Origin: Euprymna scolopes
Taxonomy: Eukaryota
Length of the DNA: 64,000 nucleotides
Assembly (NCBI GenBank): GCA_053919585.1
Contig: CM132820.1
Reading direction: 5' to 3' (one strand)
The notes under the pieces are model-generated. The model had not been told where the DNA came from. It saw only the letters and a list, made by a program, of their open reading frames with translations, and made no database searches. This document shows, piece by piece, positions 36,120 to 48,657 of the stretch. The position numbers and the translations under genes were made by a program. Position 1 is the first letter of the stretch; every line of letters begins with the position of its first letter.

Positions 36120-37300
36120 ACTCGAACGACTTGATGTGATGCGCCAAACTGACATTTGTCTGGGTTGATTCAGAAGTCATAATGTGTTAAATGGCAGAAC
36201 ATTTTCTTCAGTTCGCATGTATCAGCATTTCTGCTGGCCACCAAGATGTCATCAATATATTTTATGAGTTTTATGATAAGCAATACATCGTATTTTTCAC
36301 AAACAGCCTGGAGGTGAGTGATGAAAGCATGGTAATCTCTGTGTATCTAGAGAATCATGTAAGAACTACAACATAGCTGTAGCTCTTAAATTAAAACAGA
36401 GCAAACACTAGTGTATAATAGTTTTATTTTAAGTAGAATTGTCATAAGTGGTTCAGGTCGTTAATATATTAGCCTCGCACATTTTTAACATATTTACTTA
36501 TTTCCTTTTGGATTTAGTGAGAAAATACTGGCTACCATGTTTATTTGTGAAGTTTTTGTCAGCATCTCATGATTTTCTGGTAACCATAATAAATTTGAGC
36601 GATTATGGGCAGTCCAAACAGTGAAGGAATTATTATTCGCCTATCATACATAAGTAGCCTTTTATTGCAATGGTCTTTCTGCTATTAGTCCCATATGGCT
36701 TGTATGATGCTTCGCTGTGCTCATTTGAATTGGTTATATAATGAGATGTAGTAGCTTGTATTATTAGTTCTTGTTACTTCCTTCAGCTTTTTAAGAATTT
36801 TTCTGTGGCAGAAAATATTATGATGAATTCTATTATATTATTATCAATGTCCTTGTCCAATTTGGAAGACCAATTACACTCTACTATTCTTTACAGACCA
36901 TCGGCTTTGTACTGCTTTCCAAGGAACATAGTGTAAACGTATATTTCATTAGACATAGAGGAAATCACTGTCATTGACAGTAGCTCAACATCCTAAACTA
37001 AAAAAGCGGAAGATTTCCTCGAAGTTTAATATATCACAAGAGTATGTTTTTTATTATGTGTGTTTGCATAACCGACAATGACAGATTGTTCTTATTTGCG
37101 TTCAGTAAGTAAAATCCATGGGGCTTCCTTCTGGAAACAGAACTTGATTTCAGTATGATGCAGTTTAATATCCAATGACCTTTATTTAAGAAAGACTTCT
37201 CGTTTCATGGCTGCTTCCTGTACTTTGCAATAGTTTCGTTTTCAAGTTATTGTGTCTAAGCATTTCTTGACATATTTTCTTAGGCCAGTTACCCCTACAA
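36120..37300 (-). mobile_element. Highly decayed Gypsy-like pol relic
   Basis: Minus strand YIDDILVAS...INPDKCQFG at about 36140-36262. Upstream extent is uncertain. Confidence 0.5.
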
Positions 37301-37389
37301 CAATTGGTATAATATTTATATTTTCAGAGACATGTGTACGCATATGCTTACATAAAGCTTATCTGCAAATATTAAAATATTCTTATACA

Positions 37390-38007
37390 TCATAGACTTT
37401 TGTTTTCATGTTTTTGTACATGACACAACAAAGTTGACTTCCATGTAAAAGAAGAACCACATAACTCACAAGAATATGGTTTCTCTCCCGTATGGGTCCG
37501 AAAATGACGCAATAAATGTGACTTTTGTGAAAAGGTAGAACAACATACGTCACAAGAATGTGGTTTCTCTCCCGTATGTGTTGGGATATGACGCAACAAA
37601 TGTGACTTTTGTGAAAAAGAAGAACCACATATTTTACAAGAATGTGGTTTCTCTCCCGTATGGGTTCGCATATGCTGCAATAAATGTGACTTTTGTGAAA
37701 AGGAAGAACCACATACTTCACAAGAATGTGGTTTGTCTCCTATATGTGTTTGCATATGACGCACCAAAGTAAGCTTCATTGTAAAAGAGGAACCACATAC
37801 TTCACAAACATATGGTTTGTCTCCTGTATGTGTTCGCAAATGACATAATAGATTGTACTTCTCTGTAAAAGAAGAACCACACACTTGACAAGAATGTGTT
37901 TTTTCTCCCGTATGTGTTCGAATATGACGCACTAAATTTGACTTCAGTGTAAAAGAAGAACCACATACTTCACAAGAATGTGGTTTGTCTCCAGTATGTG
38001 TTCGCAT
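37390..38007 (-). CDS. Tandem C2H2 zinc-finger protein ZNF-2 (7 fingers after the ATG; an 8th in-frame finger begins upstream), possibly 5'-truncated
   Basis: ORF track. Upstream in-frame YSCKVCCSSFTWKSNLLQH (to about 38064) is preceded by TGA with no ATG. Confidence 0.7.
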   Translation of the reverse strand: MRTHTGDKPHSCEVCGSSFTLKSNLVRHIRTHTGEKTHSCQVCGSSFTEKYNLLCHLRTHTGDKPYVCEVCGSSFTMKLTLVRHMQTHIGDKPHSCEVCGSSFSQKSHLLQHMRTHTGEKPHSCKICGSSFSQKSHLLRHIPTHTGEKPHSCDVCCSTFSQKSHLLRHFRTHTGEKPYSCELCGSSFTWKSTLLCHVQKHENKSL

Positions 38008-38559
38008 ATGCTGTAATAAATTTGATTTCCATGTAAAAGAAGAACAACATACTTTACAGGAATAAATTCACGTAACTATTAAAATCAATGAATAAAATGA
38101 TTTTGTGCTTAAACTCAAAACCTGCATTTATTTTATGGAAGTCACCATAAAAATTACTTTCTACAAAACAAAAAATAGAATATCAAATAATTATCTGTTC
38201 CCATTTATGCTGCTATTATTTTCTATTTATATTAATTGTTAATATAAAACTAAATTAAACTTTGCAAAATAAATATAAGTGTTTTCCCATATAAATAATT
38301 TATCACTTATTAAAGTCAAAGTAAATTAACAAAATACAAAAGAAAACAACATTAATGATTTTCTTCCACAAAAAGCAAATAAAAAAATCACTGAACAAAA
38401 GAGCTCAGTTTTAACTACTGGAATATGGAAATTTATGGAGGAAAATGTGATATTGTTAAATACTGAGTGATTTTAAATGAATATCAATTTGAATAGACTT
38501 CTGTCTTTATATCAGTTTTGGTTGAATTAGTCCTCTGTGAATTTGAAAATAACAAGTTT

Positions 38560-39320
38560 TGATTTTAGAGAGCAGACTCTCAGCCTGAAAGGATTAAAAA
38601 TCATGCACCTCAGCTGATTATAGATCAAGTTCCCAGATAGTTTTTCCTCAAAATCAACTGGAACAAAGTGATTTTCTGAATATATTGACACTCTAAATTT
38701 GAAAGACCCAACTCACAAGTCTAGCCATTCATACAAGTAAATCCGAGGGCTATTGAATAACCTAAATCAATCGCATATCATATTAAATATTAGACCAGCT
38801 TTAAAGTGATCAGATTATCTGCTAACAATTAGTATCCACATGAGATGTCGTTTATTAAGATTTTCTGTAAAGAGCAGTCATGTATTTCTATTTGCAGTGT
38901 CTCAGTATATATATTTTTTTTAATATATGCAGATGTTCAGATGAGGTGAAGTATCAAAAGCTAAAAGGATCTGTCTCCTCGAGCATCTTTCTTTTACCCT
39001 TGGACTTCAACTGTAACCTCACCACAATGACAAATCTTACAGCTTCCAGGAAGTTCAGCTGGTAACTCTGTTGCCATAAGGTTGGCATTCCACATCGTCA
39101 GAAGTTTCAATTTGAATTTTTGATTGTGTGGAACAGATTTCTTCTGGTAAGCAGAAATACTGAAAACCTCCCAGTCTAAAATAAATCTTTAACTTTGCCT
39201 TCCTCCATGCAAGAATAATGTTGGTTGTGGAAAGGAGGGAAGAGAATGAATTTAAGACTACATCAGAGAGTGAGAAGTTATGCAGTTGTGTTGAGAAATT
39301 TCTCAAACTCTATTGTTTGG
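38560..39320 (-). mobile_element. Highly decayed LINE RT relic
   Basis: Fragmentary motifs only (LIYNQL, FRLRVC-like near 38575-38640; SCG near 38840). Confidence 0.3.
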
Positions 39321-39324
39321 CATA

Positions 39325-42300
39325 TAACTTCACAAGGGAAGAGAGACAGACCCAATTTAAAAAAATATATATTATAATCACAGGTGGCAGTATGACTGAC
39401 AACCATCAAGTCAACTGAACAACAAATGTGAACCGAATGTTTCAATCTACACAACTCAACATGAACAATACTGTTGATGCGACTCGACATGGCATCAAAC
39501 ACTTCCATGGACATGACGCAGCACAATCCCAAACAACTTCATCGACACACCCCTATGTAGACATGGCATGAAGGGTTGCTAATGAAAATAAAATCATACG
39601 GTATAACTAGATGAACACTAAATATAACTCCATCCTCCTTAGACAATAAGTCCATCCAGGTTGTCATTGATTAATGTTCATTTAAGCAGCATAGCATTAA
39701 TGTGGGTGTGCCCCAGGGGTCGATCCTTAGACCATTATTATTCCTGATATTCATCAATAACCTCTCCGATAATATTGTGTCCGAGATGAGTATATTTACT
39801 GATGATACATTCTCTATAACATGCATGAAGTAAGAACGAATGTACACAAATTAAAAGCAATGGATGAATACTTAGAAAATGACTTCCAGACTTTAGTCAA
39901 CTGAGGATGCAACTGGAAGGTAACACTTAATACTAGTAAGACTAAGCTGCTTTCCTTTAACAATTACAAAAATCTACTCCAACCACCGATATCCATGAGA
40001 AATAACACCCTGTGTGAGAATTCTTCCTTCAAACTCTTCGGCTTAAGTTTCACAGGAAATATGAACTGGAATAAATACATTGAGGACATTGGAAAGGCTG
40101 CTAAAGGGAAGGTTGGCTCCCTCTACCCTGATAGAAAACTACTCACACCTGAAAGTATCCTGTACATCTACAAGGCCACCATTCGACCCTGCATGGTGTA
40201 TTATTGCCACATCTCGGCTGGTTCATTTACCACTAGTCTCTCCTTCTTGGATAGGGTCCAAAAAAGAGTCTCACATCTAATAGGTCCTACTTTTTCAACT
40301 AAGCTCCAACCTCATTCCATTGCCGCAATGTTGCATCTATGTGCCTGTTTTACAAGTATTTTAATGGAATGTGCTTTATTGAACTCATTGCACTTATCCC
40401 TCTAGATGTACACACACCTGACAAACTCACATTGCAACAAACACACTCCTTCACTATTGAAGTCCTTAAATATCAGAAAGTTTTCTACTGTAATGGCTTC
40501 TTTCCTAGAACGGCTTGACTGTGGAATTCCTTTCCTTCTAGCCGCTTCCCAAACTGTACTGATATGCAGAAGTTCAAATGCAATCGTAAACCAAAATCTT
40601 TCTTAGACATGGTTCCAATTAGTAGCCACTTACCTCCAAGTGGTAATTTGGCTTGTTTGGGTAAAGGTTAGTAAAAAAAATGGTCCCAAACAATTCCATT
40701 TATACAACCAACACGATCCCAAACAACACTGTTGATACCAACCCACACAATCCCTAACAACTCCATCAAGACAGCTCGGCACAATGTAAACTATTCTTTT
40801 GATATGATTTGACACACTGCCAGAGCAACACTGGCAGTTACTTGCTGAACAACTCTGGTGTTATCTTTTTGTAGCTTTTAGACAAACTCATTTTTTCCAT
40901 AAATGGGCTTAACTAAGACACTGACACACAAGTCTTGAGTGCCTATCCTTACTCTCCTCCCTGACTTCAAAAGCAAACAAATGGCAATATAGGGCAGGAC
41001 GCTTTTGCCTGGTACTTCATCTTAACAGTTGAGTCCAAAGAACTTCTTCAGTGGCAATTTTGTTTGTGGGATCATTGCATTCCTCCTGCTCTAGATATTT
41101 GGGTGCATCGCTATCTCAGGAGCTTTATTCATATGGTTGTTCAGACAGCAGTGGGGCTTTGTCATCTAAAGAGACAATGTTGTCTTAGATAATGGCATCA
41201 TTTTGGAATGCCGGACGAGTATTTTTTTATGTGACGTGGTATTTGATTAATTGAAACTGAGTGTTGATTATTGATTTTCATCACTGTCCCCATGCTGAAC
41301 TACATCATAGTCTTCCTTGTAGATTCTTCAACAAAAAGGCATCTTTCTCATTGTATGGTCTAGCAACTGCATTGTTAGATGCCATTCATTTATTGATACC
41401 CTTAACATGGGTCCTATAGTTGTATTTTACATTCGCATGGGCAGTAGTAGTAGTCTTGTTGTCCTTTATAAGACTACTACTACTGCATCGTGCATGTACA
41501 CCTGTACATATGTATGTAAGATTGTGCATCGTGTTTTTGCTGCAATGCGATGTATTGTGATAGAACCTCTCGCTTATTCCATTTCCCAATAGTATATTGA
41601 TGAACCAAAATCATATGTGCACACCCGACATCTGTGCAAACTCAGTAAATATTTCTCTGCAACATGTCATACCATTGTCAGTAAGCAAATGCATAGGTGG
41701 CCCCCTTCCACAAAATATCATTCCCAACTACTTGATCCTGTTAGAAGAGTCTTGTCAGTGCACTAGCATTTAGATGACAAAACGGCTAGGCCCGAAGTCT
41801 ATCAATGTCAAGTGCAACTGTAATGGGTTATATTCATAGCAACCTTGCTCCAATTTTCTGTGACATCAAGCCTACTCAGCTTCCAATGCACTGGGGCTGG
41901 ATTTATAGATTGGCCTTTTTCTAATCCCCAACCTACCGTCTGCACCTCAACGAGTTATTCATGGGTTGATTAACTTTATAAATTATGTCTTTTTCACACC
42001 AAAATATCCATTGAACCAATGGATTGCCTGTACTTGAGAAATGCCATATTCTGTGGCTACAACACACACAGGATCTCTTGGTTTTGTTTTATCACAGATT
42101 TCATTCAACGATCGACGTGATACACATGATCAGCTTTGTTTTTGTGAGACTTGATGAGCTTCACACTATTCTTCAATGCATATTCTGGGGCTAACTCTTG
42201 GAACATGGAGAGGCAACGCCTAATTAACATTTCACCAGCTGCTTGGTATACACTCTCATCTTCTGGACAAGGTATCAGTTATACATTGATATATGTATGC

Positions 42301-44390
42301 AGAGTCCGTTCGTAAATGAATGATTTAGGCTTTCTACTTCAATGCAAGGTTAAGAAAATGTAACAATGTTTATGATCTCCGGTGTAAGAAAATTATTAAC
42401 TATGGCTCACATTATTAAAGTGGTCACATTAAGCCTAAATCCTAGATAGATAGGGCAATATCGTTGTCCCTTGATCTCCACTGTTTGGAATGATCAAAGA
42501 GATTTGTCGACATGTATTTGCAAGTAGGCTCAATGGAGGTCTAGCACTGCAACATTTGGTCCTTGCTGTCGCATTCTCTTAATTCTCATAATAGTCCGGA
42601 GTCTCTGTTTGCTTTCTTGCAAAACAGCTATGAAAGGATTATACAATTCAGAAAACTGAGTTTGTCCTCCAGATATGGCAGCAACCAACCCTTATCGATC
42701 CACATTTGCAGCTTCTTATCATATTCCTCTTTAATGTGTTCTGAGGCTGGATATTCTGAAAGTCTGCTTTTCAACATAATTGGAGGTTAGTTACTAGACC
42801 ATTTCCAAGATGCGATACACTTCCAAGTGTTCATTTTTTTTACTCTGTGTCGAAATCAGGTATTAATGATGCCAGCATATTTGGTTTGCTGAATAATGGA
42901 AAAATACCTTCACTAGCATTTGACTCAGCTACTCCTCCACGCTACTTGATTACAACAAGCCCAAACAACAACTCAAATCCAAGCAGGTCTCAACTAAAAC
43001 TTCTATGGTAATGCTGAGCTTTCCACCGATTTAAACTTACACTATTCTAATTTCCAGCATTAATTAAGTGTGCTTTCATCGGCCGTGAACACAGGAGCAA
43101 CTTTCTTCATTCATTCCTTACATGACTTACTGGTTACTGACTGTATGCATCCGGTATCCATTAGAGCTCTACATGGTATTTCATTGTTGCAAACAGTTAC
43201 AACCGCCAATGCACCATTTACAAGAGTTGGGCGATGAGATTGGTACTGCATTCTTGTCCTCTTGTTCATTCTGTAGACAAAATCGAGAAATGTATTTACA
43301 CTGCTGACATAAATAACATGATATTTCTTCTGGTCTTGAGACCAGACTGTAATCATCCAGTAGACAATCGCTTTCCCTATCATTGAGTGCATTACATTTA
43401 TAACAGCACTAGGGAGTATGCATCTCCTTAGATGTGCATTGTGCAAACCAACTGTGCAACTACTGCAGCCTGATCTGTAAGTGAAGTACAGTTCTTTATA
43501 ATGGCATGAGTCTGCACCAGAAGGTCTGACATATCCAGCATCTCTATTTGATAGGATGCACGTGAGAGTCATTCTATATCTTCAGGAAATTCAGCAATGA
43601 CTTCACATTGCAGGTACTGATATGATAGGGAAGCAAACAGGATCGCAAGTCTTCCTAGTTCTGCCAAAAAGACATCCAACATTTCACCTGGTTGAAGGAG
43701 TGTGTTGCAAACTGATTTCATGTGATGAATGGATTCAAGACAAATACTGTGCGATTTTTTAACACATTTAAAATTTGCACGCTTTTCTTCACTTAATTGC
43801 TTGTACATTGCCTGACAAGCACATAAGGATTATGCTTCACTCCATGCAGTTGACATATCAGCTCATCTTTCTGCAGCAATTCCACTATTGACTGTCTGGA
43901 GTTACTGCTATCAAACACGAGTATAAGCTTTGGATCGAAAGCCATCATGACTGAAATAGCTTTTAACTTCATGACAGAAAAAAAATGGACCTTTTTCAAA
44001 AAAATATATCCATATATATTATCACACATGACAGTATGACTACAACAACCATCAAATCACCTGAACAACAAACATAAATCGAATTCTTCTATCTACACGA
44101 CTTAACATGAACAATATTATTGATGCAACCAGAAATGGTACCAAACACTTCTGTCGACACAAGCAAGCATGATCCTGAACTCCATCAATAAGACCTAATA
44201 CAATCCTGAATAACTCTGTTGACATGATCTGACGATATGAAAATTTCTGTCAATTCAACCCAACACACTATCAGAGCAACCTCAACAGTTACTAGTTGAA
44301 CCACTCTAACATAGTATTTTTGAAATCCTTGAATGAACTCATTTTCTTCATAGTTTGGCCTAAGACACTGATACACAAGCGTTGAGTGCT
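39325..44390 (-). mobile_element. Gypsy-like LTR retrotransposon E (same clade as A and D), old, with two long diverged LTRs; 3' LTR interrupted by a LINE
   Basis: gag MMAFDPKLIL...ELICQLHGV; protease ALMDTGC; RT AYLQIHVDK; integrase GNGISER. LTR homology between 43962-44389 and 39325-39550 plus 40681-40953. Purine tract at 40954-40962. Degenerate PBS at 43950-43961. Confidence 0.8.
39555..40680 (+). mobile_element. CR1/L2-like LINE, 5'-truncated, with A-tail
   Basis: WHEGLL, GVPQGSIL.PLLFLIFIN, IFTDDT, YKATIRPCM...LDRVQKR; A8 at 40673-40680; same family as 1-556. Confidence 0.9.
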
Positions 44391-45189
44391 TCCATGTATG
44401 CCGTTTACATAGCATTTAGGGGAAATGAAATTATGGTTGTTGTCTCACCATCAAGTGCTATTTCACTTTATTGCTGAGGTTGACAGGAAAGATGCGTATA
44501 GAATGAACAGAAATGTCTCTCTTAATGTAAATGATGAATATTATTAGCAACGTATATGCTGAGACAGTGAGAGCGCAAATGGTTACAGTCAAAAGTAGAA
44601 TTATATAGTAAAAATCCAGTCAACAAATAACTGACAAACCAATCTAAAATATGAGTGTTGTTATATCTTCTAAAATCTAGCTTTCTCAGTTACTACGATT
44701 AATGTTTCACAAAATACAAAATATATTTTATTTTATTTTCATTTTAATTTTCCAAATAGAATAAAAGTTAATGTATATTATCGAAATTCAGTAAGTAATT
44801 AGGGACTTCACTAATTTTGATTAATGAAAGGAAAAGAAAAAAAAAAGTTTTCCACATGTAAAAAATGCTTATTGTAATTTGTTTAAGAATTAGATTTCAT
44901 TAATTTAAAAAAAAGATGTGTTGAATTTATTTTTAAGCAAACTCTAAAACATACAAATTAAAAAGTTATGCATGTAAAGAAAAATACTTGCTCTCCATGA
45001 AAGCAGAGTCAGATACAAGGGAAGGTGTTAAAATGAGTAAATTCAGCTAACCCCAAAAGGATCCTTCTGGATTGGGAAAAATATAAATTGCCTCAATCTA
45101 GAAAGATACTTTTTTTTTTCGAACTGAATACACATTTTACATTAAATAAAAACACAAAAATCTTATCCAGCTAGGTAAAAGAGTAACTT

Positions 45190-45390
45190 ATCTTACCTTT
45201 GGTAACATTTATTTGCTATATATTAGTTATTTAGCACCTTTTCTAATCTCTATGGATTGTAAAACAAACCCACCAAATCCTAACTTTCCTTTATATAATG
45301 GCTTTTGGTGCCATCGTCAAAGTTCGAATAACATAAAACTTTCACTATCTAGTTGAGGAGAGTAGAAGTCGCCATTGTTAACATGGGTTG
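45190..45390 (-). promoter_or_regulatory. Possible non-coding first exon of ZNF-2
   Basis: Minus strand AACAATGGCGAC (YY1-like, about 45368-45379) and AG|GTAAGA donor at about 45192-45199; arrangement resembles 9170-9600. Confidence 0.25.
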
Positions 45391-46461
45391 TGGGTGTCTA
45401 TTTCCTTCTATAGCAAGTGTTAGGATGTTCATTTCTTTTAAAGAATTAAAATTACGGAAAATAATGTTTTAATAAACAAATAAATAAAAACAAAAGGCAC
45501 CTTTGAATAAATATTTTAAAACGCAATGAATATAAGTACATTTACTAAGCTCATAATAATGAAGAGAATTTGGGACGCTGAAAACATACACAAATTATTA
45601 GATTCTTCTTTTAAATCTCTCTAGTTTTTTTTTAAAAAATATTTTATTTATTTTTAATCTTTTCTTTTTCTTTTTGCTTCTACTGTTGACGAGTTTATTT
45701 TGCTCTGAAAAATGAATTTGGAAAGATGAAAATGTTTTATTTATTTTTCTTTTACTAATAAAAAATTACTCTAAACCATAACCAGTGAGAAATCTCTTTA
45801 CTTCATTTAAGAATTTTAAATATTTTTAAAGTAAATCGACAGCTAAAAAATCTAAAAAAAAAATAAAATAAAAAATCAGTATTTTCATTATGATTATGCG
45901 TTTAGTAAATGCAATTATCTCCCTTACATTTTTTAACGTATTCTGCAAATGCATAACAAATCGATACTAAATTCATGTAGTATTAAATACTTACTTTTTG
46001 TTTTAAAATCTGCTTTCAACTGACTTTAACTGCTTTTATAAAGGAAACATTTTTCAAATATGAATGACTTGTCGAAAGCTGAAATTAAAATTCAAGATGG
46101 CGAACGGAAAAACAAGTTCGCAGAAATAAATTGAAGAGGAAAATCAAAAAGGAAATTATTTCGAAATAGAACAGATATCTTTGGCAAATATCACGGATAA
46201 AATTAGTATTGTTTTATTTATCTCAACATTTTAATATTTACATCTGGGGAAAAAAAGATTACAGGTTTCATTTCATTAATATGAGATTAACTTAAAGCAG
46301 ACGACAGTTCAAGATCTTGTAGTTGTGGTTTTGTTCAGTCTGGAGTAGCCATGCTCTTAGGCATTAGCTCATATTGAAAAGGGATGACCTTTTAAGGGAA
46401 GTGGGTTCTCACTCTAAATTCATTTTTAGGGAAAATTCTAACTTAACAGGATAGTGCGTGG

Positions 46462-47376
46462 CAGTGGCGTAGCTAGAGTAAACATAACCCGGGGTGGTCT
46501 GCTAAAACGTCATCCCACTGACATTGTGTATGTGTCACCCCTCTCGTTTGCTGTCACCAAGACCNNNNNNNNNNNNNNNNNNNNNNNNNNNNNNNNNNNN
46601 NNNNNNNNNNNNNNNNNNNNNNNNNNNNNNNNNNNNNNNNNNNNNNNNNNNNNNNNNNNNNNNNNNNNNNNNNNNNNNNNNNNNNNNNNNNNNNNNNNNN
46701 NNNNNNATGGTTGACCATTTTAAAAAAACTAATTACATATAATGATAGAAGATGTATCGAGACACAGGAATGGGTATGTTTGATCTGGCAGAACGGTAGT
46801 TCATTAAAATTGTGGGGTCTGCGTTCGCGCCTGGTCCACAAAGTATGGAAATAAAAAATTAAAAAAAAAAACGTTTACAAGTGTTTTTGAAATAGACGTA
46901 CATAATAATACTTTGATAAGTATGTTTTAACTTAAATATAGATGGTATAATAAAATTGTGGGGTCTGCGTTCGCGCCTGGCCTCCATAATATGGAAATAG
47001 GCACAAACTTTAATAAAGACTTTTCATATCTATCTGCGTAAGTATACATTAATAATTATGTTTCAGTTTGAAGAAATATGGTATAATAAAATTATGGGGT
47101 GTTCGTTTGCACCTGACCTCCATAGAATGGAAATATGTCACAAAGTTTAACAAGGTTTTTAATATAAATCCACAGAATATTTTGATAAGTGTTTCAGTGT
47201 GAACAGGTATGGTATAATAAATTATGGGGTTTATCTATTTTATTTTTACTTTCATCATATTTTGCTTTGGTTATGATACCTTCAAATTCAACCCGAATTA
47301 ACAACCCTTCCTTTTCATAACCTATCATACTTTCATAAATCTGATTCCATTTTCTGTAGGCTGTTTTTGAACCCAG

Positions 47377-47460
<84 letters not shown>

Positions 47461-47738
47461 CACTTAATCCTGTTTCCAATTAAAAACTACAAAAAATACA
47501 GGGTTAAGAGTTTTCAATAAACATCAGAAAAATAGTCTTCAGTTACTAATTTTAAAACATTGTAAGAGTTTTAATATTTTAGAAAAGATTAAAAATGTAA
47601 AATTTTTGCATAATATATGCACCTTAGACTGGCTAAAAAAATTTGTTGGGGTGCTATTGTGTCACTCCTTTTTTTCTGTCACGCGGGGCAGACCGCCACC
47701 CTGTCCTCTCCCGCTTGCCCCCTCTAGCTACGCCACTG
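46462..47738. mobile_element. hAT-type MITE with perfect 17-bp TIRs and internal ~130-145 bp tandem repeats; spans the assembly gap
   Basis: CAGTGGCGTAGCTAGAG ... CTCTAGCTACGCCACTG; flanks GTGCGTGG / GTGTGTGT (6/8 match); repeats AAATT(G/A)TGGGGT at about 46807, 46952, 47089 and 47219. Confidence 0.75.
46565..46706. other. Assembly gap (142 N)
   Basis: Run of N. Confidence 1.
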
Positions 47739-47752
47739 GTGTGTGTGTGTGT

Positions 47753-47804
<52 letters not shown>

Positions 47805-48130
47805 GTAGGGTTTGAGTGATTGACAAATAAAAAAGAAAGAAAAAAATGTAGCTTTTATACTTAAAGATCATGTGTGAGTAACACTATGCAAATGAGACCA
47901 TACCAGACGCATAAAATGAACTGTAGATATAACGGGAGTTCGAGTTGGAATTATGAGGGTTACACAGAAAAAAATCGAGCAAGGCCTTGTACTGGTTAAG
48001 GTGTATGGGGTATAGAAGTGAGTTTATCAGGTTTGTGTTTTTAACGTGTAACTATCTGACTTCATAGAAATAAATAAAACAGACATAATATTTTAAGGGT
48101 AAGGAAAGCAACTTTATTTATTGGTGGGAG

Positions 48131-48184
<54 letters not shown>
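47739..48184. repeat. (GT)n at 47739-47802 and (GA)n at about 48136-48184
   Basis: Direct observation. Also (CA)n at 23448-23505, (AAAT)n at about 48625-48660 and (AGT)n at about 51222-51252. Confidence 0.97.
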
Positions 48185-48188
<4 letters not shown>

Positions 48189-48626
48189 AGTCACAGAAGA
48201 GAATGTTCGTGAATTTGTGAGAGAAAATTCAGCGTGGAGAGAAATCAACAAAAAGAGAATGTTCGTTAGGTTGTACTTATCAGTTTAGGTATGAACCAGG
48301 CAACGGTAGTAAAGGGGGGGGGCTCGGCCCGTAATGTGGGAGCAGAGTTGGTTTCAATTCACTTCGGTGTCTTCTTTTTCTGGTTTATGTGTTAATTAAG
48401 CAGCGTTTAATCATTGAAGGTGTTCGGCCCATAACATGGGAGCAGTATGTCTTTTTAACTTTCGTAACCTATAAGTTCCTTATTTTTTTTGTTTACATAA
48501 CAAGTTGTTCATATACGGCTCTCTGGGGTTCGTCCTAATTTTGACTTTCATCCCTTTTGGGGGCCCCTCCCGCAGCGGTGGAAGTCAACCATCCTTGTTC
48601 CTTTTTCTTCTCTCTCTCAAAAAAAA

Positions 48627-48657
<31 letters not shown>

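Noticed and set aside
46454-46841. ORFs spanning the N run
   Set aside because: Artefacts of the assembly gap.
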